From Penicillus capitatus (lineage: Eukaryota > Plantae > Chlorophyta), in assembly GCA_965649825.1 (NCBI GenBank), contig OZ287712.1, positions 1 to 64,000 of the forward strand: 64,000 nucleotides of DNA. Direction: 5' to 3'. Positions 1 to 11,399 of the stretch are shown piece by piece. The notes under the pieces are model-generated. The model was not told where the DNA came from, made no database searches, and saw only the letters and a program-made list of their open reading frames with translations. The position numbers and the translations under genes were made by a program. Numbering within the stretch: the stretch's first letter is position 1; each line of letters begins with the position of its first letter.

Positions 1-184
1 GAGAGATGGAAGCCAAGGACAGTGGACAAGGTCGTCGCAAAGGTTGGCGGACGGCCTCGAAAGTCGCGGCGAAGTCGTCGGCGGCTGCGGGTCGTAACAA
101 TTGAAGCAAAGGGGGGACCCTTGTACCCTCCGGCGGGTCGTAACAATTGAAGCAAAGGGGGGACCCTTGTACCCTCCGGCATAT

Positions 185-3100
185 CGTAACAATTTAACCG
201 TAGCTGAGGATCGTAACAATTTAACCGTAGCTGCGGATCGTAACAATTTAACCGTAGCTGCGGATCGTAACAATTTAACCGTAGCTGCGGATCGTAACAA
301 TTTAACCGTAGCTGCGGATCGTAACAATTTAACCGTAGCTGCGGATCGTAACAATTTAACCGTAGCTGCGGATCGTAACAATTGAAGCAAAGGGGGGACC
401 CTTGTACCCTCCGGCGGGTCGTAACAATTGAAGCAAAGGGGGGACCCTTGTACCCTCCGGCGGGTCGTAACAATTGAAGCAAAGGGGGACCCTTGTTCCC
501 TTCGGCGACCGACGTATGGTGTGCGCTGGAATGCTCGAGCACGTTAGCGCTCCGGGAGGTCGTGCATGTCGGCCAATCCGCTCTCCCTCTGCATGCGGGA
601 TCTTCCTAGAAGTTCTCCATGTGCATCCACGATCAGGTTTGCAGCCGACGTGTTCCGCAGGTCGGAGGTGTCACGCGGAGGGGAGCCGACGAGCCGAACG
701 GCTGAAACATGTCTGCACGGGACGGTCCTGCATGTCGGCCAAGCCACTCGCCCTCTGCATGCGGGATGTTCCTAGAAGTTCTCCATGTGCTCGTCCGGGG
801 CCAAGTCTGCCGTCGGTCCGCACACCGGCGACTGTGACTGGCTTGTACGATTGGCCGTCAAATCTATTGGATACACCACTCTGCGCACGGCCGACCGCCC
901 GTTTACCGTCTATCCGCACCTAATGGTGACCACCGACACGTCTTCACGCGCTTGCAACTTTTCGATGCGGAGATCGCCCCCGGCACACGCGCCCCTTTGC
1001 GCTGCAGAGGTGCGAGCGGCACAGAGAGATGGAAGCCAAGGACAGTGGACAAGGTCGTCGCAAAGGTTGGCGGACGGCCTCGAAAGTCGCGGCGAAGTCG
1101 TCGGCGGCTGCGGGTCGTAACAATTGAAGCAAAGGGGGGACCCTTGTACCCTCCGGCATATCGTAACAATTTAACCGTAGCTGAGGATCGTAACAATTTA
1201 ACCGTAGCTGCGGATCGTAACAATTTAACCGTAGCTGCGGATCGTAACAATTTAACCGTAGCTGCGGATCGTAACAATTTAACCGTAGCTGCGGATCGTA
1301 ACAATTTAACCGTAGCTGCGGATCGTAACAATTTAACCGTAGCTGCGGATCGTAACAATTGAAGCAAAGGGGGGACCCTTGTACCCTCCGGCGGGTCGTA
1401 ACAATTGAAGCAAAGGGGGGGACCCTTGTACCCTCCGGCGGGTCGTAACAATTGAAGCAAAGGGGGACCCTTGTTCCCTTCGGCGACCGACGTATGGTGT
1501 GCGCTGGAATGCTCGAGCACGTTAGCGCTCCGGGAGGTCGTGCATGTCGGCCAATCCGCTCTCCCTCTGCATGCGGGATCTTCCTAGAAGTTCTCCATGT
1601 GCATCCACGATCAGGTTTGCAGCCGACGTGTTCCGCAGGTCGGAGGTGTCACGCGGAGGGGAGCCGACGAGCCGAACGGCTGAACATGTCTGCACGGGAC
1701 GGTCCTGCATGTCGGCCAAGCCACTCGCCCTCTGCATGCGGGATGTTCCTAGAAGTTCTCCATGTGCTCGTCCGGGGCCAAGTCTGCCGTCGGTCCGCAC
1801 GCCGGCGACTGTGACTGGCTTGTACGATTGGCCGTCAAATCTATTGGATACACCACTCTGCGCACGGCCGACCGCCCGTTTACCGTCTATCCGCACCTAA
1901 TGGTGACCACCGACACGTCTTCACGCGCTTGCAACTTTTCGATGCGGAGATCGCCCCCGGCACACGCGCCCCTTTGCCTGCAGAGGTGCGAGCGGCACAG
2001 AGAGATGGAAGCCAAGGACAGTGGACAAGGTCGTCGCAAAGGTTGGCGGACGGCCTCGAAAGTCGCGGCGAAGTCGTCGGCGGCTGCGGGTCGTAACAAT
2101 TGAAGCAAAGGGGGGACCCTTGTACCCTCCGGCATATCGTAACAATTTAACCGTAGCTGAGGATCGTAACAATTTAACCGTAGCTGCGGATCGTAACAAT
2201 TTAACCGTAGCTGCGGATCGTAACAATTTAACCGTAGCTGCGGATCGTAACAATTTAACCGTAGCTGCGGATCGTAACAATTTAACCGTAGCTGCGGATC
2301 GTAACAATTTAACCGTAGCTGCGGATCGTAACAATTTAAACCGTAGCTGCGGATCGTAACAATTGAAGCAAAGGGGGGACCCTTGTACCCTCCGGCGGGT
2401 CGTAACAATTGAAGCAAAGGGGGGACCCTTGTACCCTCCGGCGGGTCGTAACAATTGAAGCAAAGGGGGACCCTTGTTCCCTTCGGCGACCGACGTATGG
2501 TGTGCGCTGGAATGCTCGAGCACGTTAGCGCTCCGGGAGGTCGTGCATGTCGGCCAATCCGCTCTCCCTCTGCATGCGGGATCTTCCTAGAAGTTCTCCA
2601 TGTGCATCCACGATCAGGTTTGCAGCCGACGTGTTCCGCAGGTCGGAGGTGTCACGCGGAGGGGAGCCGACGAGCCGAACGGCTGAACATGTCTGCACGG
2701 GACGGTCCTGCATGTCGGCCAAGCCACTCGCCCTCTGCATGCGGGATGTTCCTAGAAGTTCTCCATGTGCTCGTCCGTGGCCAAGTCTGCCGTCGGTCCG
2801 CACGCCGGCGACTGTGACTGGCTTGTACGATTGGCCGTCAAATCTATTGGATACACCACTCTGCGCACGGCCGACCGCCCGTTTACCGTCTATCCGCACC
2901 TAATGGTGACCACCGACACGTCTTCACGCGCTTGCAACTTTTCGATGCGGAGATCGCCCCCGGCACACGCGCCCCTCTGCGCTGCAGAGGTGCGAGCGGC
3001 ACAGAGAGATGGAAGCCAAGGACAGTGGACAAGGTCGTCGCAAAGGTTGGCGGACGGCCTCGAAAGTCGCGGCGAAGTCGTCGGCGGCTGCGGGTCGTAA

Positions 3101-6100
3101 CAATTGAAGCAAAGGGGGGACCCTTGTACCCTCCGGCATATCGTAACAATTTAACCGTAGCTGAGGATCGTAACAATTTAACCGTAGCTGCGGATCGTAA
3201 CAATTTAACCGTAGCTGCGGATCGTAACAATTTAACCGTAGCTGCGGATCGTAACAATTTAACCGTAGCTGCGGATCGTAACAATTTAACCGTAGCTGCG
3301 GATCGTAACAATTGAAGCAAAGGGGGGACCCTTGTACCCTCCGGCGGGTCGTAACAATTGAAGCAAAGGGGGGACCCTTGTACCCTCCGGCGGGTCGTAA
3401 CAATTGAAGCAAAGGGGGACCCTTGTTCCCTTCGGCGACCGACGTATGGTGTGCGCTGGAATGCTCGAGCACGTTAGCGCTCCGGGAGGTCGTGCATGTC
3501 GGCCAATCCGCTCTCCCTCTGCATGCGGGATCTTCCTAGAAGTTCTCCATGTGCATCCACGATCAGGTTTGCAGCCGACGTGTTCCGCAGGTCGGAGGTG
3601 TCACGCGGAGGGGAGCCGACGAGCCGAACGGCTGAACATGTCTGCACGGGACGGTCCTGCATGTCGGCCAAGCCACTCGCCCTCTGCATGCGGGATGTTC
3701 CTAGAAGTTCTCCATGTGCTCGTCCGGGGCCAAGTCTGCCGTCGGTCCGCACGCCGGCGACTGTGACTGGCTTGTACGATTGGCCGTCAAATCTATTGGA
3801 TACACCACTCTGCGCACGGCCGACCGCCCGTTTACCGTCTATCCGCACCTAATGGTGACCACCGACACGTCTTCACGCGCTTGCAACTTTTCGATGCGGA
3901 GATCGCCCCCGGCACACGCGCCCCTTTGCCTGCAGAGGTGCGAGCGGCACAGAGAGATGGAAGCCAAGGACAGTGGACAAGGTCGTCGCAAAGGTTGGCG
4001 GACGGCCTCGAAAGTCGCGGCGAAGTCGTCGGCGGCTGCGGGTCGTAACAATTGAAGCAAAGGGGGGACCCTTGTACCCTCCGGCGGGTCGTAACAATTG
4101 AAGCAAAGGGGGGACCCTTGTACCCTCCGGCATATCGTAACAATTTAACCGTAGCTGAGGATCGTAACAATTTAACCGTAGCTGCGGATCGTAACAATTT
4201 AACCGTAGCTGCGGATCGTAACAATTTAACCGTAGCTGCGGATCGTAACAATTTAACCGTAGCTGCGGATCGTAACAATTTAACCGTAGCTGCGGATCGT
4301 AACAATTTAACCGTAGCTGCGGATCGTAACAATTTAACCGTAGCTGCGGATCGTAACAATTGAAGCAAAGGGGGGACCCTTGTACCCTCCGGCGGGTCGT
4401 AACAATTGAAGCAAAGGGGGGACCCTTGTACCCTCCGGCGGGTCGTAACAATTGAAGCAAAGGGGGACCCTTGTTCCCTTCGGCGACCGACGTATGGTGT
4501 GCGCTGGAATGCTCGAGCACGTTAGCGCTCCGGGAGGTCGTGCATGTCGGCCAATCCGCTCTCCCTCTGCATGCGGGATCTTCCTAGAAGTTCTCCATGT
4601 GCATCCACGATCAGGTTTGCAGCCGACGTGTTCCGCAGGTCGGAGGTGTCACGCGGAGGGGAGCCGACGAGCCGAACGGCTGAACATGTCTGCACGGGAC
4701 GGTCCTGCATGTCGGCCAAGCCACTCGCCCTCTGCATGCGGGATGTTCCTAGAAGTTCTCCATGTGCTCGTCCGTGGCCAAGTCTGCCGTCGGTCCGCAC
4801 GCCGGCGACTGTGACTGGCTTGTACGATTGGCCGTCAAATCTATTGGATACACCACTCTGCGCACGGCCGACCGCCCGTTTACCGTCTATCCGCACCTAA
4901 TGGTGACCACCGACACGTCTTCACGCGCTTGCAACTTTTCGATGCGGAGATCGCCCCCGGCACACGCGCCCCTCTGCGCTGCAGAGGTGCGAGCGGCACA
5001 GAGAGATGGAAGCCAAGGACAGTGGACAAGGTCGTCGCAAAGGTTGGCGGATGGCCTCGAAAGTCGCGGCGAAGTCGTCGGCGGCTGCGGGTCGTAACAA
5101 TTGAAGCAAAGGGGGGACCCTTGTACCCTCCGGCGGGTCGTAACAATTGAAGCAAAGGGGGGACCCTTGTACCCTCCGGCGGATCGTAACAATTTAACCG
5201 TAGCTGAGGATCGTAACAATTTAACCGTAGCTGCGGATCGTAACAATTTAACCGTAGCTGCGGATCGTAACAATTTAACCGTAGCTGCGGATCGTAACAA
5301 TTTAACCGTAGCTGCGGATCGTAACAATTTAACCGTAGCTGCGGATCGTAACAATTTAACCGTAGCTGAGGATCGTAACAATTTAACCGTAGCTGCGGAT
5401 CGTAACAATTTAACCGTAGCTGCGGATCGTAACAATTTAACCGTAGCTGCGGATCGTAACAATTTAACCGTAGCTGAGGATCGTAACAATTTAACCGTAG
5501 CTGAGGATCGTAACAATTGAAGCAAAGGGGGGACCCTTGTACCCTCCGGCGGGTCGTAACAATTGAAGCAAAGGGGGGACCCTTGTTCCCTTCGGCGACC
5601 GACGTATGGTGTGCGCTGGAATGCTCGAGCACGTTAGCGCTCCGGGAGGTCGTGCATGTCGGCCAATCCGCTCTCCCTCTGCATGCGGGATCTTCCTAGA
5701 AGTTCTCCATGTGCATCCACGATCAGGTTTGCAGCCGACGTGTTCCGCAGGTCGGAGGTGTCACGCGGAGGGGAGCCGACGAGCCGAACGGCTGAACATG
5801 TCTGCACGGGACGGTCCTGCATGTCGGCCAAGCCACTCGCCCTCTGCATGCGGGATGTTCCTAGAAGTTCTCCATGTGCTCGTCCGTGGCCAAGTCTGCC
5901 GTCGGTCCGCACGCCGGCGACTGTGACTGGCTTGTACGATTGGCCGTCAAATCTATTGGATACACCACTCTGCGCACGGCCGACCGCCCGTTTACCGTCT
6001 ATCCGCACCTAATGGTGACCACCGACACGTCTTCACGCGCTTGCAACTTTTCGATGCGGAGATCGCCCCCGGCACACGCGCCCCTTTGCGCTGCAGAGGT

Positions 6101-7569
6101 GCGAGCGGCACAGAGAGATGGAAGCCAAGGACAGTGGACAAGGTCGTCGCAAAGGTTGGCGGACGGCCTCGAAAGTCGCGGCGAAGTCGTCGGCGGCTGC
6201 GGGTCGTAACAATTGAAGCAAAGGGGGGACCCTTGTACCCTCCGGCGGGTCGTAACAATTGAAGCAAAGGGGGGACCCTTGTACCCTCCGGCATATCGTA
6301 ACAATTTAACCGTAGCTGAGGATCGTAACAATTTAACCGTAGCTGCGGATCGTAACAATTTAACCGTAGCTGCGGATCGTAACAATTTAACCGTAGCTGC
6401 GGATCGTAACAATTTAACCGTAGCTGCGGATCGTAACAATTTAACCGTAGCTGCGGATCGTAACAATTTAACCGTAGCTGCGGATCGTAACAATTTAACC
6501 GTAGCTGAGGATCGTAACAATTTAACCGTAGCTGCGGATCGTAACAATTTAACCGTAGCTGCGGATCGTAACAATTTAACCGTAGCTGCGGATCGTAACA
6601 ATTTAACCGTAGCTGCGGATCGTAACAATTTAACCGTAGCTGCGGATCGTAACAATTTAACCGTAGCTGCGGATCGTAACAATTTAACCGTAGCTGCGGA
6701 TCGTAACAATTTAACCGTAGCTGCGGATCGTAACAATTTAACCGTAGCTGCGGATCGTAACAATTGAAGCAAAGGGGGGACCCTTGTACCCTCCGGCGGG
6801 TCGTAACAATTGAAGCAAAGGGGGGACCCTTGTACCCTCCGGCGGGTCGTAACAATTGAAGCAAAGGGGGACCCTTGTTCCCTTCGGCGACCGACGTATG
6901 GTGTGCGCTGGAATGCTCGAGCACGTTAGCGCTCCGGGAGGTCGTGCATGTCGGCCAATCCGCTCTCCCTCTGCATGCGGGATCTTCCTAGAAGTTCTCC
7001 ATGTGCATCCACGATCAGGTTTGCAGCCGACGTGTTCCGCAGGTCGGAGGTGTCACGCGGAGGGGAGCCGACGAGCCGAACGGCTGAACATGTCTGCACG
7101 GGACGGTCCTGCATGTCGGCCAAGCCACTCGCCCTCTGCATGCGGGATGTTCCTAGAAGTTCTCCATGTGCTCGTCCGTGGCCAAGTCTGCCGTCGGTCC
7201 GCACGCCGGCGACTGTGACTGGCTTGTACGATTGGCCGTCAAATCTATTGGATACACCACTCCGCGCACGGCCGACCGCCCGTTTACCGTCTATCCGCAC
7301 CTAATGGTGACCACCGACACGTCTTCACGCGCTTGCAACTTTTCGATGCGGAGATCGCCCCCGGCACACGCGCCCCTTTGCGCTGCAGAGGTGCGAGCGG
7401 CACAGAGAGATGGAAGCCAAGGACAGTGGACAAGGTCGTCGCAAAGGTTGGCGGACGGCCTCGAAAGTCGCGGCGAAGTCGTCGGCGGCTGCGGGTCGTA
7501 ACAATTGAAGCAAAGGGGGGACCCTTGTACCCTCCGGCGGATCGTAACAATTTAACCGTAGCTGAGGAT
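185..7569. repeat. Nested 27-bp VNTR (CGTAACAATTTAACCGTAGCTGCGGAT) in blocks of 7, 7, 8, 6, 8, 12, 17 and 1 copies
   Basis: Blocks start at 185, 1162, 2138, 3142, 4136, 5185, 6297 and 7543. Copies were counted from the spacing of CGTAACAATT. There is a GAG/GCG variant and one 1-bp insertion near 2340. Confidence 0.95.
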
Positions 7570-7737
7570 CGTAACAATTATAACCGTAGTTGAGGGTCGT
7601 AACAATTATAACCGTAGTTGAGGGTCGTAACAATTATAACCGTAGTTGAGGGTCGTAACAATTATAACCGTCGTTGAGGGTCGTAACAATTATAACCGTA
7701 GTTGAGGGTCGTAACAATTATAACCGTAGTTGAGGGT
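7570..7737. repeat. 28-bp variant subrepeat (CGTAACAATTATAACCGTAGTTGAGGGT) x6, found only in the terminal unit
   Basis: Copies start at 7570, 7598, 7626, 7654, 7682 and 7710; one has a gtag>gtcg change. Confidence 0.95.
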
Positions 7738-8363
7738 CGTAACAATTGAAGCAAAGGGGGGACCCTTGTACCCTCCGGCGACCGACGGGTGGTGCGAGGA
7801 TGCAAAGCAGAGGGGGGGGCCCTTGTACCCTCCGGCGGATGTGGGTGGACGGGCGTGAAAGCGGTTGACACGGTTAGGCGCGTGTCAATGTCAGTTAAGC
7901 CTATATCCTTAATTAAGGGTCGATACGGTTAAGCGGGTGCGAGGAGGAGAAGGGATACCGAAACAGAGCGACAGAGATTTGTGCTGCACGGAGATTTTGG
8001 CCTTGGCTGCGTTCGTATGTGTCGCGCGGAGGCGCCGAACGAAACGATAACAGCGGAAGTCTTACAAGTAGTCGGAGCAAGGCGTTAACAAGGTGCCAAT
8101 TGTTCATTAAGTACCCCCGTGGCGACGTGACATGCCTATGCAGGTGAGTCACCCTCGCGCCAGAACCAAAGGATAGCGCCTCAGGTGAGTCGGCCTGCGT
8201 CCCCCCAAGACATGAACCCCTCAGAAACGAGGCAGTCACATCGCCAAGCCAGATCTTGGCGACAGTATGTGCTGCAGTGTCGATGGTAAACGGCTCTCGA
8301 CGATCTCGGCCACCAATGCCAAAGGGAGAGTCGAGTATCAGGGCGGCCAGATGAACTCACAGA

Positions 8364-8887
8364 TCAACCGTTGTTTTGTTTCTCAATTCCTCGCAATGAC
8401 ATATCCACTTCCTTTAGTAGACTATCAATGGCCAACGATTCTTCTTTCAGTACCGCAGTCAACTTTTCTGCCTCTTCGAGCGCTTCTTTTGCGTTCGCGA
8501 GGACCTTTTTTCTATAGTTGCCAGCGTAGCCTGTGCTGTCTTGGTCCTGCAATGCTCTTAGTCTTCGTCCCAGATCGGATAGAATGCTTTTCTCAGCGTC
8601 CTCGATTTCTAAAGATAATCTCGGTGCTTCTGTAGCAACCTCGTCGTCCATCGCGCTCGGTGACTTCTTCCCTAAGGCAGAAAACGGTCAAAGTGCGTGC
8701 TGTCGTCGATGACGTACCTACCTAGGATCTCTCCTAGGCAACGCTCGAGGGCGTTGTTAATCTGACCTATGCGGAGTTTTTTTACCAACATCCATTTTCG
8801 GATGAACTGTTTGATGGCGAGGTTTTCGAGTATTTCCTCGTCGATCTCTTCCTTCAGCATGCGTGTAATTCTGTTGGAGATCGACAT
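8364..8887 (-). CDS. Hypothetical helical/coiled-coil protein (~157 aa, 2 exons; 5' end may be truncated)
   Basis: ORFs 8672-8887 and 8364-8651 join in frame via a 50-nt GTAGGT...CTTAG intron (8721-8672), giving ...ERCLGEILG|KKSPSAMDDEVATE... No family recognised. Confidence 0.5.
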
Positions 8888-8889
8888 AC

Positions 8890-9138
8890 AGAGAGATGCG
8901 AGCCAGACAGAGAGAGAGATGCGAGCCAGACAGAGAGAGAGATGCGAGCCAGACAGAGAGAGAGATGCGAGCCAGACAGAGAGAGAGATGCGAGCCAGAC
9001 AGAGAGAGAGATGCGAGCCAGACAGAGAGAGAGATGCGAGCCAGACAGAGAGAGAGATGCGAGCCAGACAGAGAGAGAGATGCGAGCCAGACAGAGAGAG
9101 AGATGCGAGCCAGACAGAGAGAGAGATGCGAGCCAGAC
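8890..9138. repeat. 23-bp GA-rich minisatellite (ATGCGAGCCAGACAGAGAGAGAG) x11
   Basis: ATGCGAGCC recurs every 23 bp from 8896 to 9126. Confidence 0.97.
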
Positions 9139-9142
9139 TTTA

Positions 9143-9300
9143 TAGGCGAAACGCAACGGCGAGCAGTACAGTGCGTTGACCGCTGCACACACTCATCAAG
9201 GCTGATCCGCGCGGTCATCTTGATCCCTCTACACGGATTAGCCTTGATGAGTGTGTGCAGCGGTCAACGCACTGTACTGCTCGCCGTTGCGTTTTGCCTA
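9143..9300. mobile_element. Foldback/MITE-like element or long hairpin (67-bp inverted arms, 24-nt loop, TA at both ends)
   Basis: 9143-9209 is the reverse complement of 9234-9300 with only 2 mismatches, both G.T. The terminal TA dinucleotides could be a TA target-site duplication. Confidence 0.6.
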
Positions 9301-9529
9301 ACAACGATTGACGCGCACACGTCCAGCACGCCACTGTCCGCGTTAATTGCGGCGGATTCGGACAGTCGATTCGTTCCTGGAGGTGTTTCCTGCCAATCCA
9401 TGTCGAAGTTCAAAGCCGATCGGCCCCATGGCGGAAGTTACCGGCCAGTCCAACAGCTGTCACAGATAGATAGCACGTCGGGCAAGGTCGACCACCCCAG
9501 AGGTGTCCATGCGCACGGAATTAGACTCA

Positions 9530-9997
9530 CTAGCACAACTCCTCGTGCTCGAAACTTTCCGCCTCGAACGAAATCTGCCCGTCGATGGTCTGGACGCACG
9601 ACATGCCAGCTCGCTGCTGCATCTGCTCGCAGGATCGACAACGAATGTCGTCGACATCCATCTCGTCCGAAATGCCGTCGGAGAGGTTAACGTCAACAAT
9701 GGGATACTAAACTTGACAGAGTCGACCTTCGAAGACAACTCCGAAGGTCCGACGGCCCGCTGGGATCTCAGCGGTCGAGCGCGCATTGCGAAGTGCGCGT
9801 CCCGAGGGAGAGAAGACGAGTTCGTGATAGTGACCTTTCTCCTGTTCAAAATCGCTCTGCACAGCAACATCATGCGTGATTATCACAAAGACCATCCATT
9901 CATAGAGCTCGTCATCATTGTGTTTATAGTCGTTCGGCAGAGGGACTCCGACTGGGATTGCTAAAGTAAGCGCTTCCAGAACGAGAGTGCGTGTCAC
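9530..9997 (-). pseudogene. Protein-like reading-frame remnant with an internal TAG (9707-9709)
   Basis: The minus frame reads ...TFGVVFEGRLCQV*YPIVDVNLSDGISDEMDVDDIRCRSCEQ... across the stop. The plus-strand ORF looks like its antisense shadow. No homolog recognised. Confidence 0.3.
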
Positions 9998-11399
9998 GAG
10001 AGGAATTCCTTAGTGTCATTCATCGTGACGGCAGTCATGGGACTCTCGGGAAAGTTCTCCGGGAGATATCCATTCGATTGCGAATGGGATGTTGTCTCAT
10101 CTTCACTGTACGTTAGATTCTCGTCCCACGAAAGACCATCGCGTCCCGTTGCTTGAGGATGACTTGCGGACTGTAAAGACAGAAAGAGAATGACGTTGTG
10201 TATGCTGTATGTGAAGCAAAGGAAGACAGACCTTCGAGATCTCTGGCATATCTTTAACAAGGTCACACGCAAGCGCTTGACTGCCCACTTCGACCAGATG
10301 CCGGTCGGCAGTTCGTACAGTAAAATCTTCGTTTTGGCGCGGCGGTCTATCTTCAAATGAGAGATTCCGATTCCGTTAGGGCACTTTCAGGCGTTTGAGG
10401 GTTCGACCCGTCTGAACATAAGGAACATGAGCCATGTGAGAAAATTCTCTCAAACAAGGTGAAAGGCAATAGAGTGATAACTGACGCAAACTTAAATACG
10501 AATCAAGAGCTGTGTCAAACGGATGTAACTGAAAATAAAGGAATTTCTTGATGGATTCGTGGAAAAATAGCAAAGAGAGGTGGGTGCTTAAAGTAGAAAC
10601 GGAACCGTAGCGAACCGGATACGTCCATTTGCGCGAGATGTTCAAGAAGAAACCGAATTCTTTTCTTGCCGTTGAGAGGTCGATGATGGCATAAAGGCAG
10701 CAGGAGATATGCGTTCCTCTTATCGAACAAAAGAGGCGACATTCAGAAAAGACATAAAAGCAATGTGGTGTGGATAGCAAGAGGGTATGCGGGTTGATGA
10801 TATCTCCTAGCGTTAGTAACGATGGGAATAGACCACGCAGAGAACTGGCTGACGGCCGCTGGCGCCAAGCAGGATGCGATAGGGAAAGCAAACGGTGAAG
10901 AATGCGTTGCGTACTTAGGCGTTCAGAGAAAGGACAAAGAGAAATCCACGACATCGGAATGTTCACCTGTGACGTTACAGCGTAATGTCGCGGGGGTTGA
11001 AGTGTGACTGCTGACTGTCTCTGCTCTTCGACTTGTCCCTTCGCTGTTCACATGTATCGAATCATTCAACCAACCGCCCGTTCGCAATGGTTTGCCCATG
11101 TTTGAGTCGTTTTCCTCTTCGGCTATGACGGTCTTCTCTGGAAAATTATTAGCCAGCCATTCGACGAGATCTACATCGGAATCGATAATGTCGCCGTCGA
11201 AGTGGGAATCTTCGTCAGCATCGCCAACAGAAATCTGCGGAGAGTATGAAGTGGCGGCCATGTAACGCCGGGAATAGATAGCGCCTTCTGACTGACTGTG
11301 CTCGATCTCATCCATATCATCTGCGTAGAACAAAGTGCGCGTCTGAGAGAATCCAGTTTTCAACAAGAGCCATTGGACGACATCTGTCTCCAGAGAAGC

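Larger units (their letters stand above)
1..7795. repeat. Tandem macrosatellite: 7 complete units of 948-1292 bp plus a partial 8th, each a conserved GC-rich core plus nested 46-bp and 27-bp subrepeats; continues beyond the left edge
   Basis: The landmark ATGGAAGCCAAGG recurs at 6, 1029, 2005, 3009, 3957, 5006, 6118 and 7410. Cores are near-identical. Length differences come from subrepeat copy number. The 46-mer is CGTAACAATTGAAGCAAAGGGGGGACCCTTGTACCCTCCGGCGGGT. Confidence 0.97.

Noticed and set aside
480-1090. 5S rRNA, snRNA or spliced-leader gene in the array core
   Set aside because: No recognisable 5S box A/C, Sm-site or tRNA-like sequence on either strand by eye; an Infernal/Rfam scan would settle it.
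101-7633. Numerous ORFs in the array (DRNNLTVAA, LRSAATVKL and NCYDPQLRL repeat proteins; MKQRGTLV...)
   Set aside because: They are by-products of a 27-bp (3n) period, mostly with TTG starts. Indels between units (e.g. ~706, ~1978, ~2340) shift frames freely, and there is no domain similarity.
93-7790. CRISPR array (27-46-bp repeats, ATTGAAGC resembling a CRISPR repeat end)
   Set aside because: Repeats are head-to-tail with no unique spacers, there are no cas genes, and the context is eukaryotic.
8757-9690. ORFs reading RARQRERCEPD... or LSLCLARISL...
   Set aside because: Translations of the 23-bp minisatellite and hairpin.
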